Part shown: positions 54,890 through 61,291 of the stretch, in pieces | How the letters are laid out: every line of letters starts with the position of its first letter | Position numbering within the stretch: the stretch's first letter is position 1 | NCBI GenBank assembly: GCA_964220215.1 | Contig: CAXPTH010000021.1 | Coordinates: 926-64,925 of the forward strand | Direction of reading: 5' to 3' | DNA from: Alteromonas sp. | GTDB taxonomy: Bacteria; Margulisbacteria; Marinamargulisbacteria; UBA6595 | DNA: 64,000 nt | Position numbers and translations under genes: made by a program | The notes under the pieces: generated by a model | The model's input: the letters and a program-made list of their open reading frames with translations, nothing else | Databases searched by the model: none | Told to the model about the DNA's origin: nothing

Positions 54890-56856
54890 TTACCAACCCC
54901 TTGGCCTATACCGAAGCCATTCATCAGTTAATTGCGTATACCCTGGCCTATGAATTGGGTACACCAATGGTATCGGATGCGGCGTATGATCAGCTGTATC
55001 AACAAGTTCAACTGTATGAACGCAACAACCCCACCCACATTGCCGAAAACTCCCCCACCCAAACATTTCCCCACACCAATTTATTCCAGCCCTTTCAGCA
55101 TGATCCCAACACCCCCATGATCTCCTTGGCCAATGCCTACACGCGGGATGATTTGACTGCGTTTGACACCCGTATCAAAAAAACCATTCAAGCGCCGGTC
55201 ACCTACTGCCTAGAGCCCAAGCTAGACGGGGTGGCCGTCTCCGTGCATTACGACGCTGGGCGATTGCGTGTGGCCGCCACGCGTGGCAACGGCACCCAGG
55301 GGGACGTGATTACCGCCCATGTTCGAACCATTGATCATTTACCCAAAACGCTACCCGAACCCGTGACCCTGGAATGTCGGGGTGAGTTGTTTATGACCCA
55401 TGCGGACTTTCACGACCTAAATGCACGCAGCGACACCCCCTTTTCAAACCCACGCAATACGGTTGCGGGCACATTGCGACAATTGGATCCGGCGGTCAGC
55501 CAAGACCGGCGACTGTCGATTATCATCTACCAAGGCCTGCCCCAAACGGGGCCATCGATTGACACGCATCATGCCATGATTCAGTGGTTAACCGAGTTGG
55601 GGCTTCCCACCAATCTGCCGCATGTGTCCGTGCACCATACGATTGAATCCGCCTATGCGGGGGTTCAAAATTTCTTTCAGCATGCATCGCTGGGCTATGA
55701 CACCGATGGGTGTGTGATTAAAGTCAATGAATTGGCCGCCCATGCCGAGCTGGGACGAACGGCCAAAAGTGTCCGGTGGGCGGTTGCCTACAAACCTGTG
55801 GCCAAGCGCGCCCTCACCACGGTCACAGCCATTGAGCCGCAGGTGGGTCGAACGGGGGTATTAACACCCGTGGCCCATCTGGAACCCGTGGCAGTTCAAG
55901 GCGTGGTTATTCAACGGGTCTCGTTATACAACTACGATGAAATTGAGCGCTTGAACATTCGTCCGGGGGATCGGGTTGAAGTGGCTCGTGCGGGGGATGT
56001 GATTCCCAAAATTATGGCCGTCGTTTGCCCCAGCTCGGATCCATTGCCCCCACTGCCCACTCAGTGCCCGGTATGTTCCAGCGATGTCCTTCACGATGGG
56101 GCGGCGTTGCGGTGCCCCAATGTGGGCTGCTTGGCCCAGCTCAAGGCCCGCCTCACCCACTACGCAAGTCGGGATGCGCTGAATATTGATGGGTTGGGAC
56201 CGGCCATTATTGAGCAATTGGTGGATACCCAGTTGGTGCATCGATTATGCGACTTATACACGGTGTCGGTGGACCAATTCATGCAGTTGGATAAGTTGGC
56301 CGAAAAATCAAGCCGGCAGTTGGTGGATGCGATTGCGGCCACCCAAACGCCCACCTTGGGCACGTTTTTATATGCCATGGGCTTGCCGGGTGTGGGAGCA
56401 ACCGTAGCGCGGCAATTGGCCCACCACTTTCAAACCCTGGATGCCCTATTGGCCACCCAGGCTGAGGCGTTGGTTGAATTGGACGGCATTGGGGAGCGGC
56501 TGGCCAGCGCCATTGTCAGCCAATTGCCAACCCTGCGTCAGGTATCCGATGAACTGTATGCGGTAGGCCTTCGAATTCAATCCCCCACAGCATCAACCCC
56601 TACGCCAGAGACACCGTTTACCAATAAAACCGTGGTGATTACCGGAACATTGGCCACCCTAAGCCGCAAAGACGCTGAGGCGATGGTGCTAAACTTGGGG
56701 GGACAGATCGGCCAAACCGTGAGCAAAAAAACCGATATCGTGGTGGTTGGCGAATCCGCCGGAAGCAAAGCCAAAAAAGCCGCCGATCTGCAAGCCGCCG
56801 GGGTTCCTATCGTCATCTGGGATGACGCAACGTTTTGTCAGAAACTAAACAGTTAA
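54886..56856 (+). CDS. ligA: NAD-dependent DNA ligase
   Basis: Adenylation motif CLEPKLDGVAVS (KxDG), OB fold, Zn finger (CPVCSS...CPNVGC), HhH repeats and a C-terminal BRCT domain. Confidence 0.95.
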   Translation: MITNPLAYTEAIHQLIAYTLAYELGTPMVSDAAYDQLYQQVQLYERNNPTHIAENSPTQTFPHTNLFQPFQHDPNTPMISLANAYTRDDLTAFDTRIKKTIQAPVTYCLEPKLDGVAVSVHYDAGRLRVAATRGNGTQGDVITAHVRTIDHLPKTLPEPVTLECRGELFMTHADFHDLNARSDTPFSNPRNTVAGTLRQLDPAVSQDRRLSIIIYQGLPQTGPSIDTHHAMIQWLTELGLPTNLPHVSVHHTIESAYAGVQNFFQHASLGYDTDGCVIKVNELAAHAELGRTAKSVRWAVAYKPVAKRALTTVTAIEPQVGRTGVLTPVAHLEPVAVQGVVIQRVSLYNYDEIERLNIRPGDRVEVARAGDVIPKIMAVVCPSSDPLPPLPTQCPVCSSDVLHDGAALRCPNVGCLAQLKARLTHYASRDALNIDGLGPAIIEQLVDTQLVHRLCDLYTVSVDQFMQLDKLAEKSSRQLVDAIAATQTPTLGTFLYAMGLPGVGATVARQLAHHFQTLDALLATQAEALVELDGIGERLASAIVSQLPTLRQVSDELYAVGLRIQSPTASTPTPETPFTNKTVVITGTLATLSRKDAEAMVLNLGGQIGQTVSKKTDIVVVGESAGSKAKKAADLQAAGVPIVIWDDATFCQKLNS

Positions 56857-57013
56857 GGAACCACTGCTCGTTACTATACGGCTTCCCCTTCGATACACTT
56901 GCTGCCGCAATCACTCAGGGAGCGGACTCACTTGTTTGAATTTTTCAATTTAAATCACCCGTTTCGCAACAGTCCCCATATTGGCTTAGTGTGTTGTGGC
57001 ATGGTGGGGGGGG

Positions 57014-57223
57014 TCATAGACCACCCCGCCCTTCGGGCACCCCTCCACGGGAGGGGAATTTTTTTTAAGTGGTACACCAACGTTAATCATTAACTCCCAC
57101 TCCATTTATTATTCCCATCCCATGGAGGGGATTTTTTTTAAGTGGTACACCAACGTTAATCATTAACTCCCACTTCATTTATTATTCCCCTCCCATGGAG
57201 GGGTGCCCGAAGGGCGGGGTGGT
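57014..57223. repeat. Repeat block left of DUF559: 38-bp element (copy A, +), two ~73-bp tandem units, 38-bp element (copy B, inverted)
   Basis: A is ACCACCCCGCCCTTCGGGCACCCCTCCACGGGAGGGGA at 57020-57057. Units start at 57067 and 57140. B, at 57186-57223, is the reverse complement of A apart from the 3-nt hairpin loop. Confidence 0.9.
57040..57066 (+). terminator. Intrinsic-terminator-like hairpin (first of eight hairpins, seven T-tailed) downstream of ligA
   Basis: CCCCTCC-ACG-GGAGGGG followed by AATTTTTTTT. The same hairpin plus T-run is reiterated in the tandem units through 57924; the copy B hairpin at 57187-57203 lacks the T-run. Confidence 0.4.
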
Positions 57224-57578
57224 TCTTTAAAACCGCCAAAACTGTATCCATATCTTGCAAAATGTCTTTTACGTTAATACGGATCACCGTTAATCCTAAA
57301 CCATTTAGAAACGCATCACGCTCGGCATCGTAATCTTCACGGCCTTGGTGTGAGGCGCCATCGGCTTCTATAACTAACGATTTTTCAGCACAATAGAAAT
57401 CAACAATATAGTGACCTATAATTTTTTGGCGATCAAAATCTAGCCCTTTTAATTGCTTTTTCTTGAGTTGATTCCACAGTAAGGCTTCGTGCAACATGCC
57501 CGATTTACGAAGTTCTTTAGCGCGTTCTTTGAGTTTGGGGTTATAGGGGAGAGATTTGTAGTTTTTTGTTTGTCTCAT
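57156..57578 (-). CDS. DUF559 (Vsr-like PD-(D/E)xK) endonuclease-domain protein
   Basis: EALLWNQLKKKQLKGLDFDRQKIIGHYIVDFYCAEKSLVIEADGASH...DAERDAFLNGLGLTVIRI is the DUF559 core. The last ~23 codons are encoded by repeat copy B plus the adjacent unit. Confidence 0.85.
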   Translation of the reverse strand: MRQTKNYKSLPYNPKLKERAKELRKSGMLHEALLWNQLKKKQLKGLDFDRQKIIGHYIVDFYCAEKSLVIEADGASHQGREDYDAERDAFLNGLGLTVIRINVKDILQDMDTVLAVLKNHPALRAPLHGRGIINEVGVND

Positions 57579-57924
57579 AGACCACCCCGCCCTTCGGGCA
57601 CCCCTCCACAGGAGGGGAATTTTTTTTTAAGTGGTACACCAACGTTAATCATTAACTCCCACCCCATTTATTATTCCATCCCATGGAGGGGAATTTTTTT
57701 TAAGTGGTACACCAACGTTAATCATTAACTCCCACTCCATTTATTATTCTCCTCCGATGGAGGGGAATTTTTTTTTAAGTGGTACACCAACGTTAATCAT
57801 TAACTCCCACCCCATTTATTATTCCCTCCGATGGAGGGGAATTTTTTTTTAAGTGGTACACCAACGTTAATCATTAACTCCCACTCCATTTATTATTCCC
57901 TCCGATGGAGGGAAATTTTTTTTT
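57575..57924. repeat. Repeat block right of DUF559: 38-bp element (copy C, +) followed by four ~73-75-bp tandem units
   Basis: Copy C lies at 57581-57618. Units start at 57629, 57702, 57777 and 57851. Each reads AAGTGGTACACCAACGTTAATCATTAACTCCCAC(Y)(Y)CATTTATTATT, then a CCCTCC-NNN-GGAGGG hairpin and a T8-10 run. Confidence 0.9.
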
Positions 57925-58045
57925 GAATCCAGCTCGATGACCCACTGGAAACTGCGACTTTGCGCAGTGTGACGAATAAAAAAGGTCTTCTTCTGCACAG
58001 TGTGACGCGAGGCGGTTATTTTTAGTCCAGTCAATGCCATCCATG

Positions 58046-58651
58046 CTACAGGTCCTCCGTCTTGAATTCGCTATAGCCTTCGTAAAAATAACTCACATCA
58101 ATGCCCTCCATAAACAAAGAACGATCATCAACTTGGCCGGTGAGTGCGGTTTTTAGCAGGGCTTTGATTTCCAGATCTTTCACCACACTGCGCTCCATGG
58201 CTGAAAGATAGTTTTCTTTGTCGGCTTGGTTCCAATCGATAACCTGTTTTATTTCTTGCTTGAGTATTAAATCTAGCCAAATGCGAGTCGTTCGGCCATT
58301 TCCTTCTCTGAACGGGTGCGCAATATTCATTTCGACATATTTTTGGATGATCTCATCAAAATGACTCTGGGGCATAGCATCAATATGGTCTAAGGAAGCG
58401 CTAAGGTACATCACTGGCACAAATCGAAAGCTACCCTTTGAAATATTTACGTCGCGCATTTTTCCTGCAAAGTCGTAAATGTCTTCAAAAAGATAGGCAT
58501 GAATAGTAGATAGCCCCTTGAACGACCCGACTTCTACATTGTTGATATCACCAGAGTCAAAAAGCTGTTTGGCCTTTTGTTTGCTTATTTTTTCTTCTAA
58601 TTTGGCTAGTTCAACCTGATTCGTGATGCCTAATTTATTTTTCAGTATCAT
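58046..58651 (-). CDS. fic: Fic-family protein (AMPylase-type motif, class III with C-terminal inhibitory helix)
   Basis: 201 aa. HPFREGNGRTTR (res 112-123) matches HxFx(D/E)GNGRxxR. C-terminal SYFYEG (res 187-192) matches the (S/T)xxxE(G/N) inhibitory motif. Confidence 0.9.
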   Translation of the reverse strand: MILKNKLGITNQVELAKLEEKISKQKAKQLFDSGDINNVEVGSFKGLSTIHAYLFEDIYDFAGKMRDVNISKGSFRFVPVMYLSASLDHIDAMPQSHFDEIIQKYVEMNIAHPFREGNGRTTRIWLDLILKQEIKQVIDWNQADKENYLSAMERSVVKDLEIKALLKTALTGQVDDRSLFMEGIDVSYFYEGYSEFKTEDL

Positions 58652-58824
58652 GCGGGTTCTCCCTCAATCTCCACTACAATCGCATCAATATCCGCACGCA
58701 GGTGATAAAACAGGGTACCTAAAACATATTGCTTAAAATCCCAGCCATCAACAGCACCGCGAACATCGTTCGCAATTTTCCATATCTGGCTTTGTAGTGA
58801 GGCTCGTTGCTGTGTATTTGTCAT
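58648..58824 (-). pseudogene. hsdM: Type I restriction-modification methylase (HsdM) N-terminal stub
   Basis: 58-codon ORF, absent from the track because it is under 60 aa: MTNTQQRASLQSQIWKIANDVRGAVDGWDFKQYVLGTLFY, then unrelated residues. GGAG RBS. Its TGA overlaps the fic ATG (ATGA). Matches the HsdM N-terminal domain only. Confidence 0.75.
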
Positions 58825-58996
58825 GGTCTTTCTCCTTATTATTGGCTCGGTTGACTACCCGTTAGATTTAGCATGGCTTTAGACACCGCAATTTCCTAAA
58901 CATTATATCCTAGTTTACATTAAATAATTGGCAGTCGTAAGTGTTTTTACTTTAGCCTAAACGCGGCCCCAATCAGATTTTCAATCTGAACAAAAG

Positions 58997-59455
58997 CTAA
59001 ACAATATCAAATGGAATATAGCCGTTGTATTTAAATGCGGTCATCAAGTCGGGGTTCACAAATAAATAGCTATGGCGTTGAATACGGTACTGGCCCCAAT
59101 CGCATTGGGAAATTTCTTGAAAGGACTCGCACCGAACCGCCACACAATCATTGGTAAACGGACTGTGGACCACCAGCGCATCCAGACTCTCACCACTGGT
59201 TTTATGGGTCATTTTAATCAAATCCCACTCAAAAATATACTGACTATTTTTGTCTTTAACCGTGCTATACGCATCTTTGTGTTCATACGCAATGGCATCC
59301 CCCGCCCACCACAGCAAATCCGTCGAATAATAGTGCAGGGTGGGCGATACATAGCGCATATAACCCACAATATGATCCCCATTGCGCAACCGAAACAACG
59401 AGTACGCTTGTGTATCCAGCATCCGGCTACGCCGCCTCCATTTTAAAAAATGCAT
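58997..59455 (-). CDS. Hypothetical protein
   Basis: 152-aa ORF. An alternative ATG at 59422, 12 nt downstream of a GGAGG, would give 141 aa. No family recognised. Confidence 0.45.
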   Translation of the reverse strand: MHFLKWRRRSRMLDTQAYSLFRLRNGDHIVGYMRYVSPTLHYYSTDLLWWAGDAIAYEHKDAYSTVKDKNSQYIFEWDLIKMTHKTSGESLDALVVHSPFTNDCVAVRCESFQEISQCDWGQYRIQRHSYLFVNPDLMTAFKYNGYIPFDIV

Positions 59456-60200
59456 CCGGATTTGCCATAATGTGCTTCAGAAAGGCAACGGGTCGCGCCA
59501 AGTCCGCCCCATCCACATACCGGTGATCCAATGTGGCATTAATCACCACGGTAAACCGGCCATCGGGTCGACGCTCGGGCTTTCCTACCGCAACGATACA
59601 CGCATTACGCGCCGTGGGATACAACGGAATATACGCATCCGATAATCCCAACGACCCCAATGACGTGAGAATGAACGATCCAAACGGATCCACCGGATAC
59701 CCGGGCACCGGCACGCGCAGTGTATTGGTCACAAAATCCAACAGTCGCACCGTCGGCCGCATCATAAACGATGGAACAAACTGAAGCCGCCGATACGTTT
59801 GTCGCATCAGCGTGTCGGGATTTTGCTTCAAATCCGCAACCGCAGCATGCACCGTTTGGGATAAGTCCGCCAGGTGCATCGACGCAATATCACGGATGCT
59901 CACCCCCGATAATTCATAGCCATACGCCATCGACAAATGTGTGGTTAAAAATGCATCCACTTGGTTGCGCTGCACCAAGCGGCCACAATGCAACCGCCGG
60001 TTTAAGTTGGGGTATCGGTCCATCACACGCGCTAACGCCCACGTCATAACATGATTGACCGTAATACTCTGCGCATTGTGACGAGCCAAATAAGCTTTAA
60101 CCGCTGTGTAATCCAACTCTAAACGGGCGTAAATGGCCGGTTGATTGGGCGCCGACCATGTATGAATGGCTAATTTTCGAAAGACACTTAGCGATGGCAT
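59427..60200 (-). CDS. 2-oxoacid dehydrogenase acyltransferase (E2) catalytic-domain protein, stand-alone
   Basis: C-terminal LDHRYVDGADLARPVAFLKHIMANP matches the E2/CAT-like DHRxxDG active-site motif. No lipoyl or E3-binding domains. Start set at the ATG at 60200. Confidence 0.65.
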   Translation of the reverse strand: MPSLSVFRKLAIHTWSAPNQPAIYARLELDYTAVKAYLARHNAQSITVNHVMTWALARVMDRYPNLNRRLHCGRLVQRNQVDAFLTTHLSMAYGYELSGVSIRDIASMHLADLSQTVHAAVADLKQNPDTLMRQTYRRLQFVPSFMMRPTVRLLDFVTNTLRVPVPGYPVDPFGSFILTSLGSLGLSDAYIPLYPTARNACIVAVGKPERRPDGRFTVVINATLDHRYVDGADLARPVAFLKHIMANPDAFFKMEAA

Positions 60201-61159
60201 GCCGCTCCACATAAAAAATACAGCAGCTGTGTAGCATTGATAATCCCTGTGCTTGTTGCAGCACCGGCCGCTTCCACACAATCAAAGCCAATAATCTGTC
60301 GCCCAGACGCCACCACCTGTTGAATTAAATACGTCACGTGCGGGTAGTGAAGCCCACCCGGAACTGGGGTCCCCGTATCGGGCACAAACCCCGGCTCTAA
60401 GCCGTCCACATCCACGGTAATATACACCTGCTCCGGCAACGGATCCACCATGCGCTGACACAGCGATTGCCACGACTGCCCCTCGAATAATGCCGTTTGC
60501 AAATCCCAATCAAACCAGGTATGAAACCCCTGATCATTCGCAAATGCCACTTCATCCAAACAATAATCCCGAATCCCCACTTGAACAACCGTATCCACGG
60601 CCGATACGCCCGCACATCGCCGCATGACGCTGGCATGAGAATGCTGCAAACCTTGATAGGCATCCCGGCAGTCCATATGGGCATCCACTTGCAAAATCCC
60701 AAACTGAGTGCGATGCTGGGCAATCCCAGCCACAACTCCAGCAGTAATGCTGTGCTCCCCACCCACAACCCCCATGCACGTTGTGTAGTTCGCCGATACG
60801 GTGTTCGCAATGGCGGCATGCACCGCTTCACACGCTGCATTTAAATCATCCGCTGCAGGCGAATTATCCAACCCATGCCACTCGGCCATATACGCACGCG
60901 CCGCTGGCGCATACATGCGTTGATACGTTGTCACCCGCTCAGGAGTCGGGATTGACTGAATCCCACGATCCACCACCGCCGTGCCAAACCAGGGATGGTG
61001 CACATCCACTTGATGCGACACCGCAAGCATATGCAGGGGTGCTTCGGCCGTTCCCGCTCGAAAGCTGGTGGTTAAATCCCAGCCAAGTGCCAAGATTGGC
61101 AGGGGATGGGCGGAACATTTGGGTAAATCAAACCAGGTTAAATTTGGGGTTGCGCTCAT
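60188..61159 (-). CDS. Arginase/agmatinase/ureohydrolase family protein
   Basis: GGEHSIT, QVDAHMDCRD and ITVDVDGLEPGFVPDTGTPVPGG are the metal-binding ureohydrolase motifs. Start set at the ATG at 61159. Confidence 0.85.
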   Translation of the reverse strand: MSATPNLTWFDLPKCSAHPLPILALGWDLTTSFRAGTAEAPLHMLAVSHQVDVHHPWFGTAVVDRGIQSIPTPERVTTYQRMYAPAARAYMAEWHGLDNSPAADDLNAACEAVHAAIANTVSANYTTCMGVVGGEHSITAGVVAGIAQHRTQFGILQVDAHMDCRDAYQGLQHSHASVMRRCAGVSAVDTVVQVGIRDYCLDEVAFANDQGFHTWFDWDLQTALFEGQSWQSLCQRMVDPLPEQVYITVDVDGLEPGFVPDTGTPVPGGLHYPHVTYLIQQVVASGRQIIGFDCVEAAGAATSTGIINATQLLYFLCGAACHR

Positions 61160-61291
61160 AAGTATGTATAATACCATGTTTAAAATTATTCGTATGGAGG
61201 TATTGATATACCCATGTGGTCTAGAAGCTGCTGACAACCCAGCTTCTAATGGGGAGCCACATGGCTGAGCTATTCGTAGCTCAGCCCCCTA

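Noticed and set aside
56899-57728. ORFs 56899..57093 and 57489..57728 ending in ...HPALRAPLHGRGIFFKWYTNVNH
   Set aside because: Their shared C-termini are simply the repeat array read in one frame. 57489..57728 also runs antisense through the DUF559 5' end. No independent coding evidence exists.
57014-57924. Possible CRISPR array, given the regular ~74-bp periodicity with hairpins
   Set aside because: The units abut each other, with no unique spacers between conserved repeats. The whole 73-75-bp unit is repeated. No cas genes are in the window. The T-runs and the 13-bp palindrome are unlike CRISPR repeats.
57014-57924. Integron cassette array, with attC sites flanking a DUF559 cassette
   Set aside because: No intI integrase or attI is nearby. 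The GTTAATC / GATTAAC ends do not fit the GTTRRRY / RYYYAAC core sites. Most units have no cassette between them.
57877-58044. Small minus-strand ORF (MDGIDWTKNNRLASHCAEEDLFY...) directly after fic, considered as an hsdS or hsdR remnant
   Set aside because: I could recognise no similarity to HsdS or HsdR N-termini. The ORF runs into the tandem repeat, so its length is repeat-determined.
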